Part shown: positions 1 to 9,690 of the stretch, piece by piece
Layout of the letters: every line of letters begins with the position of its first letter
How positions within the stretch are numbered: position 1 is the stretch's first letter
NCBI GenBank assembly: GCA_031385045.1
Contig: JANNBC010000006.1
Span: 43,431 to 107,430 of the forward strand
Direction of reading: 5' to 3'
Source: a bacterium
GTDB lineage: Bacteria > Bdellovibrionota_C > UBA2361 > CALJRW01
DNA length: 64,000 nucleotides
Position numbers and translations under genes: made by a program
The notes under the pieces: model-generated
The model's input: only the letters and a program-made list of their open reading frames with translations
Database searches by the model: none
What the model was told of the DNA's origin: nothing

Positions 1-934
1 AAAGCATCGCAATCCAAATTATGCAATGGAAGATTGTATTATCCTCACCAATAAAGTGGAAAATTTCAGTATCAGGTGATTTCCACCAATCAACATATTT
101 TTCACCGTCGCTATCGATTGCTTTACAAGAATTAATAGTATTACTGATATAGCCAATTGGTGCATCGAACCAAACATACAATACCTTACCTTCCGCATCT
201 GGATCTTCGATCGGTAGAGAAATTCCCCAATCCAAGTCTCTAGTCATCGAACGCTCAACTAGTCCTGTAGAAATTAAACCATTCACAAAGTTTTTAGTTT
301 GCTCACGAGTAATGGCAGTCTCTAGCCAGTTGCATACCTCTGTTTGAAATTTACTAAGGTCTAAGTACCAATGAAAGGTATCTTTGACTTGAGCAGGGAA
401 GTTATTAAGAACGGAATAGGGATCTTTTAGTGTGTCGACATCTAGTACTTTCCCACATTCCTCACATTGATCACTATTTTGATTTTTGGCATTACAGTAA
501 CCACAAGATCCTTTAACATAACGATCGGGTAGAAACATCTTCGCTTCTGGATCAAAGAATTGCTTGGAGGACTTCTTCTTAAAATAGTTTTCCTTGTAAA
601 GCTTTAGGAAGAAATCTTGGGAAGTTTTTGTATGAACGGGGTTCTCCGCAGTGGAGCCGTAGATATCAAAATTAATACCCATACCTGAAAAATCAGCTTT
701 TTGAGCTTTATTAAATTTATTAGCAACTGCTTCTGGCTTTATTCCTTCCTTGTCAGCAGTTAGTTTAATTGGCACTCCATGATCATCAGATCCACAAATG
801 AAGCGAACATTTCGTCCATTAAGTCTTTGAAAGCGAACATAAATATCAGCTGGTAAGTAGCATCCAGCAATGTGACCAACGTGAAGATTTCCATTAGAGT
901 ATGGTAAGCCACATGTAATTAGAAGGTTTTTCAT
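1..934 (-). CDS. metG: Methionyl-tRNA synthetase, N-terminal part (runs off window start; not in ORF track)
   Basis: Manual translation from ATG at 934: MKNLLITCGLPYSNGNLHVGHIAGCYLPADIYVRF (HIGH-type motif), then GSDDHG, PDRY..CGYC..CEEC knuckle and RDLDWG. Confidence 0.95.
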   Translation of the reverse strand, partial: MKNLLITCGLPYSNGNLHVGHIAGCYLPADIYVRFQRLNGRNVRFICGSDDHGVPIKLTADKEGIKPEAVANKFNKAQKADFSGMGINFDIYGSTAENPVHTKTSQDFFLKLYKENYFKKKSSKQFFDPEAKMFLPDRYVKGSCGYCNAKNQNSDQCEECGKVLDVDTLKDPYSVLNNFPAQVKDTFHWYLDLSKFQTEVCNWLETAITREQTKNFVNGLISTGLVERSMTRDLDWGISLPIEDPDAEGKVLYVWFDAPIGYISNTINSCKAIDSDGEKYVDWWKSPDTEIFHFIGEDNTIFHCIIWIAML

Positions 935-1162
935 TGAGTATCAAAATCGATAAATTTTTTGCCCAAGTCTAAATCATTAAGCCTATTTCATCAATTATCA
1001 AAGGTGTAGTTTCTTCCAATCACGGACTACTTAGTAAATAAAGTAAGGTGTTGAATTTTATTGGCATTTAGGCTTAAATCAGACGGCTTAGGATACTTTG
1101 TGGTATTCCTTCAAAGCCATCCAAGTGGGGTGGCTCATAATGTCTTTTGTCTTTACTAAAAT

Positions 1163-2674
1163 ATGCGTCAAAGAAACGAACAAGAACAACAACGTTTTGA
1201 TAAATTAACTGCTATTCGACAAGTTCGAAATGCCTACCCAAATGATGTTAAAGTTACTGCTAAATCTACTACTATTTTAGCTTTGGAAGATGTGGGTACT
1301 CCTGAAACTGCTCCACGCTTTACAATTGCGGGGCGAATTACTCAGCGTCGGATGATGGGAAAAGCGTGTTTCTTACACTTAATTGATATTGAAGGAAAAC
1401 TTCAAGTTTACGTACGAAGTGATGATGTTGGCCTAGAGTCCTATGAGGAGTTTAAGGATGTAGACCTTGGAGATATTATTGAAGTTTCAGGTTATCCATT
1501 TGTAACTAAGACAGGAGAGAAGACGCTTTACGCCGAGTCTTGGAGATTATTAACTAAATCATTAATTCCTCTTCCCGAAAAATGGCATGGACTTAGTGAT
1601 GTTGATACTCGCTATCGCTATCGTTATGTTGATTTAATTTCTAATCCTGAAGTTCGTGAAGTATTTAAAAAGCGTTCCGCCATTGTTCGCTATATTCGTA
1701 ACTTCCTAGATGAACGCGATTACCTAGAAGTGGAAACTCCAATCTTAAGTGATGTCGCTAGTGGTGCAATCGCTCGTCCATTTAAAAGTTTTTACAACGC
1801 TTTGGATACGGAAGTACACTTGCGAATTGCTCTAGAGTTACCACTTAAGAAATTAGTAGTTGGCGGACTGGAGAGAGTTTATGAGATTGGAAAGAACTTT
1901 AGAAATGAAGGACTTTCTAGGAAACATAATCCCGAGTTTACAATGTTAGAGTTCTATCAAGCTTATGCTACATACAACGACTTAATGGATCTAACTGAAG
2001 AGTTATTAGTTGGTCTTACAAAGAAAGTTTGTGGAGATAGCACGATTACAGTTGGTGATAAAACTGTTAATTTCGAAGGGCCATACTTACGTGTGACGAT
2101 GAAAGATTCCATTCAGCAATTAGGTGGAGTTTCAAAGGAGTTTAATCTTGACTCGCTAGATGATGTTAAGAAGGTTGCTGAACAACATAAAATTCACTTA
2201 TCAAATCCAAACGACTGGGGAGTTTCTATCGAAAATTTATTTGATGAATTAGTAGAAGATAAGATTGTTAATCCAACATTTATCACGCAACATCCTTTTG
2301 CAATCTCACCATTTGCTCGTCAAAACGATCATGATCCTCGTGTAACCGACCGTTTTGAACTTTTTGTTGCTGGAATGGAAATTGCTAATGCTTTCTCGGA
2401 ATTAAATGATCCCGAAGATCAACTAGCGCGACTTCTAAAACAAGCGGCTGATAAAGATGCTGGAAATCATGAAGTGGCCGACATGGATGATGATTATATC
2501 AAAGCTCTAGAGTACGGATTGCCTCCAACTGCTGGGCAAGGAATTGGGATAGATCGTTTAACAATGTTATTAACTAATTCTTCAACTATTCGTGAAGTAA
2601 TCTTATTCCCACAATTAAAACCACTAGCTAATGGGGAAGAAGAAAGCATGGAAGCAACTAGCGAGGAGCTTTAG
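1163..2674 (+). CDS. lysS: Lysyl-tRNA synthetase, class II
   Basis: OB-fold start, PLPEKWHGL, YRYRYVDL, FRNEG..HNPEF motif 2, YGLPPTAGQGIGIDRL motif 3. Confidence 0.97.
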   Translation: MRQRNEQEQQRFDKLTAIRQVRNAYPNDVKVTAKSTTILALEDVGTPETAPRFTIAGRITQRRMMGKACFLHLIDIEGKLQVYVRSDDVGLESYEEFKDVDLGDIIEVSGYPFVTKTGEKTLYAESWRLLTKSLIPLPEKWHGLSDVDTRYRYRYVDLISNPEVREVFKKRSAIVRYIRNFLDERDYLEVETPILSDVASGAIARPFKSFYNALDTEVHLRIALELPLKKLVVGGLERVYEIGKNFRNEGLSRKHNPEFTMLEFYQAYATYNDLMDLTEELLVGLTKKVCGDSTITVGDKTVNFEGPYLRVTMKDSIQQLGGVSKEFNLDSLDDVKKVAEQHKIHLSNPNDWGVSIENLFDELVEDKIVNPTFITQHPFAISPFARQNDHDPRVTDRFELFVAGMEIANAFSELNDPEDQLARLLKQAADKDAGNHEVADMDDDYIKALEYGLPPTAGQGIGIDRLTMLLTNSSTIREVILFPQLKPLANGEEESMEATSEEL

Positions 2675-2708
2675 TGTTTTTAGCTAAGTATTTTAGAAAT
2701 TTATTGTA

Positions 2709-3962
2709 ATGAAATTTGTTAAGAAGATTGCAAATCGCTACCTCTGGTCTAGAAAGGGCGAGAACTTTATTAATGCTGTTAGCGTTTTTGCTATTCTTGG
2801 TGTTGCTTTGGGGGTCGCCGTTCTAAATATTACCATGGCAATCATGACCGGCTTTGAACAGGAACTTCATAAAAAGTTAGTTGGTAGTTCGCACATCTTT
2901 GTTGGCAATGTCTCTGGGCCAATTACAGATTGGCAAGGGATAGAAGGTAGCTTTCGCTCAATAGATGAGGTTGAAAATATTGTTCCCTACATTCAGGGAC
3001 AAGTCATGATTACAGCAGGGCAAAATTCTTTTGGAATGATCTTAAAAGGCTTAGCTGATAATTCTGAAGTCTTAAAAGATTTTAAGTTAAGTGAAGCAGA
3101 GAGCTTTTCAAAACTTTGGAATCAGAATAAAGCGGCAAGTGAATCCACAAGTGAACCCCAGTTACCTAGTTTACTTTTAGGGGAAGGACTCAAAAAGCGT
3201 CTACCAATTTATCAACACCAAGTTATTTCATTACTTTCTCCAAAAGTAATTTCCGGACCTTTTGGTTTAGCACCGAGACAAAGTAGTTTTAATATCCTAG
3301 ATTTTTATAGCACTGGGCAGTCAGGCTACGAAGAAAATTTTGCTTATACTAATATCACTACTGCACAGCGCTTTTTAAGAATGGGTGATGCGGTAAGTGG
3401 CTTAGAGATTAGCCTAAAAGATCCTAATCAGGCCCCTCGGATTAAGAATGTAATGATTGAGCTACTTCGGGAGCAGGGTAATCTAAATTACTATGTTCAA
3501 GACTGGACTGAAATTAATGCTGGGTTGTGGGAAGCAATTAGTTTAGAAAAAAGAGCCTATTTTATTATCTTAATGCTCTTGATTGTTTTAGCAAGCTTCT
3601 CGATTGTGACCACACTGATTATGATTGTTCTAGAAAAGCGTAAGGATATTGCTGTAATGCGAACCCTGGGAGCCAAGGCCAGTACAATTCGTCATATTTT
3701 TATTTATATTGGTGGAATGATTGGCTTGTTAGGGACTATTTTAGGATTAGTCCTTGGATTAATCGGAAGTTTCTTACTACAAGAGTTTGGTTTTCAATTA
3801 CCTGAGAATGTTTTTCCAACAAATACTTTACCAATTGTAATTGATTTTCAAAACTTTTTAATCGTTGCAGTGATTGCTTGGTTAATTTGTTTACTAGCAA
3901 CACTTTATCCAGCTAGACGTGCTAGCCTACTTAGTCCTTGTGATATTTTACGTTATGAATAA
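2709..3962 (+). CDS. lolE: Lipoprotein-releasing ABC transporter permease (LolC/E family)
   Basis: N-terminal TM plus AIMTGF, large periplasmic loop, EKRKDIAVMRTLGA, LYPARRA; next to lolD. Confidence 0.9.
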   Translation: MKFVKKIANRYLWSRKGENFINAVSVFAILGVALGVAVLNITMAIMTGFEQELHKKLVGSSHIFVGNVSGPITDWQGIEGSFRSIDEVENIVPYIQGQVMITAGQNSFGMILKGLADNSEVLKDFKLSEAESFSKLWNQNKAASESTSEPQLPSLLLGEGLKKRLPIYQHQVISLLSPKVISGPFGLAPRQSSFNILDFYSTGQSGYEENFAYTNITTAQRFLRMGDAVSGLEISLKDPNQAPRIKNVMIELLREQGNLNYYVQDWTEINAGLWEAISLEKRAYFIILMLLIVLASFSIVTTLIMIVLEKRKDIAVMRTLGAKASTIRHIFIYIGGMIGLLGTILGLVLGLIGSFLLQEFGFQLPENVFPTNTLPIVIDFQNFLIVAVIAWLICLLATLYPARRASLLSPCDILRYE

Positions 3963-4639
3963 TGAAAATTAGATTTGAAAATTTAAACAAGGTTTTCCGT
4001 GACGGCCCAAAGGAGCTCTCGGTAATCAATCAATTGAACTTAGAGTTCAATGAGCCAGAGACAATTGCGATTGTTGGTAAGTCAGGGATTGGTAAATCAA
4101 CCTTATTACATTTGCTTGCTGGAATTGAGCGTCCTTCTGCCGGCAATATTTTTGTAGATGATTTAAATCTAGCTGTCTTGAATGAAAACCAATTAGCAGA
4201 CTACCGACTAGAGCAGATTGGACTTGTTTTTCAGTTCCATCATCTACTCGGTGAGTTTACAGCACTAGAAAATGTTTCCTTACCACTTTTAATCAAAGGT
4301 TTTTCGGAAAAGGAATCTGAACAGCAAGCCTTAGAGTACTTAGATTTAGTTGGACTAAAAGATCGGGTGGGGCATCGTCCTGGTGAGCTTTCTGGTGGTG
4401 AGCAACAGCGAGTAGCTATTGCCCGAGCACTTGTTCACAAACCAAGAATATTACTAGCCGATGAGCCAACTGGAAGTTTGGATTTTGAAACTAGTGAGCA
4501 AATTGGTGAGTTGATCTTAAAGATTAGTAAGGAACAAAAGATTTGTTTAATTACTGTAACGCATAGTCTAGAATTTGCTAAGAAATTTAAAACTGTCTAT
4601 CAGATGGAAGCAGGGGGTCGGTTGAGTTATGAAAATTAA
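3962..4639 (+). CDS. lolD: Lipoprotein-releasing ABC transporter ATPase
   Basis: GKSGIGKST, VFQFHHLL, LSGGEQQRVAIARAL, LADEPTG, VTH. Confidence 0.92.
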   Translation: MKIRFENLNKVFRDGPKELSVINQLNLEFNEPETIAIVGKSGIGKSTLLHLLAGIERPSAGNIFVDDLNLAVLNENQLADYRLEQIGLVFQFHHLLGEFTALENVSLPLLIKGFSEKESEQQALEYLDLVGLKDRVGHRPGELSGGEQQRVAIARALVHKPRILLADEPTGSLDFETSEQIGELILKISKEQKICLITVTHSLEFAKKFKTVYQMEAGGRLSYEN

Positions 4640-6902
4640 TAAAATTTATTTTTTTATCTGTCTGTTGTTTTGTCCATTTTCAATTCTGGCGGAAACATAT
4701 TCTGTTTCTCAGATTAAGATTGACGGATTACAAAACGTTTCCAAGAAAAAAGCTGAACAGGCTGTGGCTTTGAAACCTGGGCAGATTACCAGCGAAGAAG
4801 TTAATGCCTCACTTAAAAAACTTTATGCAGTTGGTGGAATCGATCAGGTCGTTGTTGATTATACTGGCTCGACTTTGACTTTTAAAGTTAGTGAATATCC
4901 AAGGATTAACAAAGTTTTTATTACTGGTAACAAGGCTACTGACAGTTCTGATATTTCTAAAGTGATTAATTTAAAAGATCAGAAAAATTATGATCCCTTA
5001 TTAACTAAAAGACTCAGTGAAGCGACTGAACTTTATTATCAAACACTTGGTTACTTAGATGCCCATGTTGATGTTGAGGCTGAGCAAATTTCTGGTGGTA
5101 AGTATGATCTAACTTTTAAGATAAATGAAGGTAAGAAATTTAAAGTTAGTTCCATTGAAATTGTGACTTTAACAGATCAAGTTAAAACTCAGCCAATCTT
5201 GGATAAACTACAAAGTACTAAGTATAAGTGGTGGAGTTCTTGGATAACCGGCAAAGGCCGTCTAAATAAAGCTTATTTAGAAACCGATCGAACTGTCGTG
5301 CTACAAGGGATGCTGGATCAGGGTTATATTAATGCTCAGGTAAATGATGCGGAAGTTCGTCGTGAAGGTGATCGATTGAAGGTGCTTTATCGGGTCAACG
5401 AGGGAGATCAGTTTCGCTTAGGAACTTACACTGTAAAAGGTGACCTTTTAGACAATTCTGTAGAAAAAACTACAGAGGCACTTAACTTAGAAACTGGTGA
5501 GATTTTTAACACTTCAAAAATTCGGAACGAGTCCTTAGCTCTCAGTGATAAATTTGGAGACTTTGGTTATGCCTTTGCTAACGTAACTCCCGAGAGTAAT
5601 GTGAATATTGCTGATAAGACTGTAGATCTAGTTTTTAATACTAGCAAAGGTCGTCCAGTAAAAGTTAATGAAATTAAAATTACAGGAAATAACAAGACAT
5701 ATGACAATGTTATTCGCCGTGAAATTAGAGTACAAGAACAGCAGATTTTCAATAAAACAAAAGTAAATCGAAGTGAAGCATTACTGAAGCGAACAGGCTA
5801 TTTTGAGGAAGTGACAATTACTCCGGAGAATATTCCTAATAAAGATGCTGAAATTGATTTAAATGTTAATGTGAAAGAAGGATCTACGGGTTCATTTAGT
5901 ATCGGTGGAGGTTTCTCGAGTTCTGATGGTGCATTATTTAATACTAGACTAACAGAAAATAACTTCCTAGGAACAGGTCGACGTTTTGTTGCCAATGCTG
6001 ATATTGGACAGCGTAGTGAAAATCTTTATGTCTCACTAGATGATCCTAGAATTGCTGATACATTCTGGAAAGGCGGAGTTCAAGCTTTTAAACGGGAATT
6101 AGATTTTCGTGATTTTAATCGTAATACTGCTGGTGGTGCAGTTTCTGTTGGGTATCCACTGGAAGAGATTTTTTCTACATGGGCTCAAGATATTAACTTT
6201 TCGACCCAGTACCAATATATCAATATTGAAATTGATCATGTAGATCCAACCAATGCGGCACCATTAGTTATTAACTCTGTTGGTAAAAGTACGGCATCAA
6301 GTATTACTCCTAAGTTAGTTCGTAATACAATTGATAACCCATTTAATCCAACTACTGGATCTCGCCAAACGCTCTCAGTTGAGACTGCTGGTTTTGGTGG
6401 AACGGAAGAGTTCTACTTGGCAGAAGTGGCGAATGAGTATTTTGTTCCTTTATTTGATACTGAGTTTGATAAGATAGTTTTCTCTTGGAGATTTAATCTT
6501 GGTTATGGAGATACGTTTAATGATAAACCTTTTCCACTATTTAAAAGATATTTTCCTGGAGGCATCAACTCTGTACGTGGTTTTAGAGAAAGAACCTTGG
6601 GACCAGAAGATGCTAATGGTAATGAGTATGGTGGTAATAAGCAGTTAGTTAATAACTTAGAGATGATCTTTCCATTAGTTAGTTCTGCAAATCTTCGTGG
6701 TCTAGTTTTCTTTGATGCGGGTGATAGTTTTGATGATAATCAAAATATTAGTGTTGCAGATCTTCGCCAGTCAGTAGGAGTTGGCTTTCGTTGGATTTCA
6801 CCACTTGGGCCATTAAACATTGCCTTAGGACACCCACTTGATCGCCAAGGTGACGAAGGAAGCTTAGTTACATTGTTTTCATTTGGTGGTGTAATTAATT
6901 AA
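4629..6902 (+). CDS. bamA: Outer-membrane protein assembly factor BamA
   Basis: Signal peptide, POTRA repeats, VRGF loop-6 motif, WISPLGPL near C-terminus; lol-bamA-skp context. Confidence 0.95.
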   Translation: MKINKIYFFICLLFCPFSILAETYSVSQIKIDGLQNVSKKKAEQAVALKPGQITSEEVNASLKKLYAVGGIDQVVVDYTGSTLTFKVSEYPRINKVFITGNKATDSSDISKVINLKDQKNYDPLLTKRLSEATELYYQTLGYLDAHVDVEAEQISGGKYDLTFKINEGKKFKVSSIEIVTLTDQVKTQPILDKLQSTKYKWWSSWITGKGRLNKAYLETDRTVVLQGMLDQGYINAQVNDAEVRREGDRLKVLYRVNEGDQFRLGTYTVKGDLLDNSVEKTTEALNLETGEIFNTSKIRNESLALSDKFGDFGYAFANVTPESNVNIADKTVDLVFNTSKGRPVKVNEIKITGNNKTYDNVIRREIRVQEQQIFNKTKVNRSEALLKRTGYFEEVTITPENIPNKDAEIDLNVNVKEGSTGSFSIGGGFSSSDGALFNTRLTENNFLGTGRRFVANADIGQRSENLYVSLDDPRIADTFWKGGVQAFKRELDFRDFNRNTAGGAVSVGYPLEEIFSTWAQDINFSTQYQYINIEIDHVDPTNAAPLVINSVGKSTASSITPKLVRNTIDNPFNPTTGSRQTLSVETAGFGGTEEFYLAEVANEYFVPLFDTEFDKIVFSWRFNLGYGDTFNDKPFPLFKRYFPGGINSVRGFRERTLGPEDANGNEYGGNKQLVNNLEMIFPLVSSANLRGLVFFDAGDSFDDNQNISVADLRQSVGVGFRWISPLGPLNIALGHPLDRQGDEGSLVTLFSFGGVIN

Positions 6903-6930
6903 GAGATCCCTTGTTTTCTTTAAATCCTAC

Positions 6931-6959
6931 CTGAGGACTGCACTGGATGCGGTCCTCAG
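6931..6959. repeat. GC-rich inverted repeat (12-bp stem, 5-nt loop) between bamA and skp
   Basis: CTGAGGACTGCA-ctgga-TGCGGTCCTCAG; no adjacent U-tract. Confidence 0.7.
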
Positions 6960-7050
6960 CTAATCTGCGACTTACACTCCTCCGCCTTGCTTGATAATCC
7001 TGTTAAAAATAGCTATAAATCAACGATAATTTCTTATTCTAAAGGTACCA

Positions 7051-7557
7051 ATGATTAAATTTATAATGTTAGTTTTAACATTAATTCTTACAAATATTGC
7101 CATTGCTGACATCTATGTAGTGGATGTTGAGCGTGTGATTTCAGAATCTGATGCTGGAAAGTCTGCAAAAAAGGCCTTAGAGGGTAAATTCTCTGCTACC
7201 AAAAAGAGTCTGGAAGCACAGCGCGATAAGTTACAAGCACTGCAAGGTGAGATTAAGCAACAGTCTGCTGTTCTATCACAAGAAGCCATGCAAAAAAAGA
7301 TTGTTAGCTACCGGGATGAGGAACAGTCTGCTGCCAAAGCTTTTCAAGACTATCAACAAGCTTATACTAAGGATAATAACGACAAAGTTTCTAAGATTGT
7401 TGCCGAAGTTCGTAAGATTTTGGAAGTCTTAGCTAAGGAGAAGAAAGCTCCAATGATTTTGGAGAAAACACCACAGGTAGTTCTCTACGTCTCTGATGAT
7501 TTAGATTTAACAAGCGAAGTGCTAACTCGTCTTAACAAATCAAGCATTAAATTTTAG
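7051..7557 (+). CDS. skp: Periplasmic chaperone Skp/OmpH
   Basis: Signal peptide, IYVVDVERVI start, coiled-coil body, DLTSEVL end; follows bamA. Confidence 0.88.
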   Translation: MIKFIMLVLTLILTNIAIADIYVVDVERVISESDAGKSAKKALEGKFSATKKSLEAQRDKLQALQGEIKQQSAVLSQEAMQKKIVSYRDEEQSAAKAFQDYQQAYTKDNNDKVSKIVAEVRKILEVLAKEKKAPMILEKTPQVVLYVSDDLDLTSEVLTRLNKSSIKF

Positions 7558-7574
7558 TAATCTTAGATTTAACA

Positions 7575-8015
7575 ATGGAAACAATTTTTAATATTAATGA
7601 TATTCAAGAAGCCTTACTGCATCGCTATCCATTTCTTTTAATTGATAAAGTGGTAGATTTTGTTGATAATGAAAGCTTGGTGGCAATTAAAAACGTCACA
7701 ATTAATGAAGAGTTCTTTAATGGACATTTCCCAGGTCGTCCGGTAATGCCAGGAGTTTTAATCCTAGAAGCTATGGCTCAATCTGCTGCTTTTTGTGCGG
7801 TTAAGTCGTCTCAAGGAATTGCCAAGGGCAAGGCTGTATTATTAGCTGGTGCTGATAATGTGAAATGGAAACGAATGGTTCTTCCTGGCGATCAGTTAGA
7901 GATTCGGGTTAAATTTGTTAAATCAAGAAAGCCATTTTGGTATTTTGACGGCGAAGCTTATGTTGATGGTAAGTTAGTTGCTAAAGCAAGTCTACTTGCT
8001 GCCGAGACTGATTAA
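7575..8015 (+). CDS. fabZ: 3-hydroxyacyl-ACP dehydratase
   Basis: [32 protein letters not shown]. Confidence 0.96.
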   Translation: METIFNINDIQEALLHRYPFLLIDKVVDFVDNESLVAIKNVTINEEFFNGHFPGRPVMPGVLILEAMAQSAAFCAVKSSQGIAKGKAVLLAGADNVKWKRMVLPGDQLEIRVKFVKSRKPFWYFDGEAYVDGKLVAKASLLAAETD

Positions 8016-8036
8016 TGATTCTTTTTTGTAAGCTGT

Positions 8037-8837
8037 ATGTCAAATAATAATATTCATCCAACCGCCATTATTGCTGATGGCGCCGAGATTGCCGAAGGCA
8101 CAACTATTGGTGCTTATACTGTTATTGGCTCGCAGGTAAAAATTGGTAAGAATAACAAAATTGGTTCACACGTTGTAATCGAAGGTCGCACAACAATTGC
8201 TGATCAGAATAATATCTTTCAGTTTGCTTCGATTGGAGCAATCCCGCAGGATCTAAAGTTTCATGGTGAAGAAAGTTCCTTAATCATTGGAAGTCATAAT
8301 CTAATTCGTGAGTTTACAACTTTACAACCAGGAACCGAAGGCGGTGGAATGATTACTAAGGTTGGTGATTACAATCTGTTTATGACAGGTGCTCATGTGG
8401 CTCATGACGTTAAGATGGGCAATCATAATATTATGGTTAATAATGCTGGTCTTGCAGGTCATATTACTATTGGTGATCATGTCATTATGGGTGGACAATC
8501 TGGTTATCATCAATATATCCGTTTAGGTGATTATTCGATCATTGGTGGTGGAGCTATGGTGACCAAGGATGTACCTCCATACTGTGTCGCACAGGGTGAT
8601 CGTGCTGGTTTAGCTGGTATTAATAAGGTTGGCTTAGAACGTGCTGGTTTTTCAGCTGAGGAGCAGCGCTTAATTCAAAATCTCTATCGGGATATCTTTT
8701 TAGCCGAAGGTACTTTTGCTAATAAATTAGCTGCCTTAATTGAAAAAAATAAAGGCAATCTGATTGCTGAAAAATTCTTATTATTCCTGAAAGATAGTGA
8801 ACGAGGTATAGTTCTACCTAGGAAATCTTCTAACTAA
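8037..8837 (+). CDS. lpxA: UDP-N-acetylglucosamine O-acyltransferase
   Basis: Hexapeptide repeats, PQDLKF, HVAHD, LAGH, HQ, KDVPPY. Confidence 0.96.
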   Translation: MSNNNIHPTAIIADGAEIAEGTTIGAYTVIGSQVKIGKNNKIGSHVVIEGRTTIADQNNIFQFASIGAIPQDLKFHGEESSLIIGSHNLIREFTTLQPGTEGGGMITKVGDYNLFMTGAHVAHDVKMGNHNIMVNNAGLAGHITIGDHVIMGGQSGYHQYIRLGDYSIIGGGAMVTKDVPPYCVAQGDRAGLAGINKVGLERAGFSAEEQRLIQNLYRDIFLAEGTFANKLAALIEKNKGNLIAEKFLLFLKDSERGIVLPRKSSN

Positions 8838-8843
8838 AATCTT

Positions 8844-9677
8844 GTGGATAAATCCAAATTAATTGCTTTAGTTGCTGGAAACGGTCGTTTCCCAATAGAG
8901 TTTTGTCAGAATGCCAAGGAACAAGGTTACCAAATTCTCAGTATTGCCTTAGGTGGAGAGGCCGAAGCCGAGCTAGAGCAATATTCTGATTTTTATCATT
9001 GTATTAAAATTGGTGAATTTGGAAAATTATTAAAGCTCCTAGCGGACTATCAAGTAACAGAGGTAGCCTTTGCCGGTGGGATTAGAAAAGTTCGTCTCTT
9101 TGATGGGCTCTCATTAGACTTAACAGCGATTAATCTGATGGCGAAAGCCAGATCCTTAAATGATGATGTGATCCTTCGTAAGATTGCTGAAGAAATTGAA
9201 AAGAAGGGGATCACTGTTGTTCAAGCAACCAAATTTTTAACTAAAAGCGTACCAGCGAAAGGACTACTCAGTAAGCGCAAGCCAAGTAACGAAGAACTTG
9301 CTGGTCTGGAGTTTGGATTACCGATCACTAAGGGGATTGGAGCCTTAGACTTAGGGCAATCAATCGTTGTTGCTGAAGGTATGGTTGTTGCTGTTGAAGC
9401 CGTGGATGGGACTGATGCTACAATTTTGCGTGGTGGGCGAGTAGCTAAGGCATTCGGCGATTTTAAAGCAGGCAAAGGAGCCATCTTAATTAAATTAGCC
9501 AAGCCTCAACAGGATTTACGTTTTGATTTGCCTACGATAGGACCAAAGACAATTGAGAATTGCTATCAAGCAGGAATTAGTGCCATCTTTCTTGAAGCCG
9601 ATAAATCATTAATACTAGAGATTGAGGTAACAATTAGCTTAGTTAATAAATATCAACTTGCACTTCAGGTAATTTAG
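8844..9677 (+). CDS. lpxI: UDP-2,3-diacylglucosamine pyrophosphatase LpxI
   Basis: AGNGRFP, DLGQ, EAVDGTD, KPQQDLRFDLPTIGP; directly after lpxA. Confidence 0.9.
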   Translation: MDKSKLIALVAGNGRFPIEFCQNAKEQGYQILSIALGGEAEAELEQYSDFYHCIKIGEFGKLLKLLADYQVTEVAFAGGIRKVRLFDGLSLDLTAINLMAKARSLNDDVILRKIAEEIEKKGITVVQATKFLTKSVPAKGLLSKRKPSNEELAGLEFGLPITKGIGALDLGQSIVVAEGMVVAVEAVDGTDATILRGGRVAKAFGDFKAGKGAILIKLAKPQQDLRFDLPTIGPKTIENCYQAGISAIFLEADKSLILEIEVTISLVNKYQLALQVI

Positions 9678-9690
9678 ATTAGAACTGCTT

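Noticed and set aside
935..1162. T-box or riboswitch between metG and lysS
   Set aside because: No T-box consensus or SAM/lysine aptamer visible; only a small hairpin near 1115-1135.
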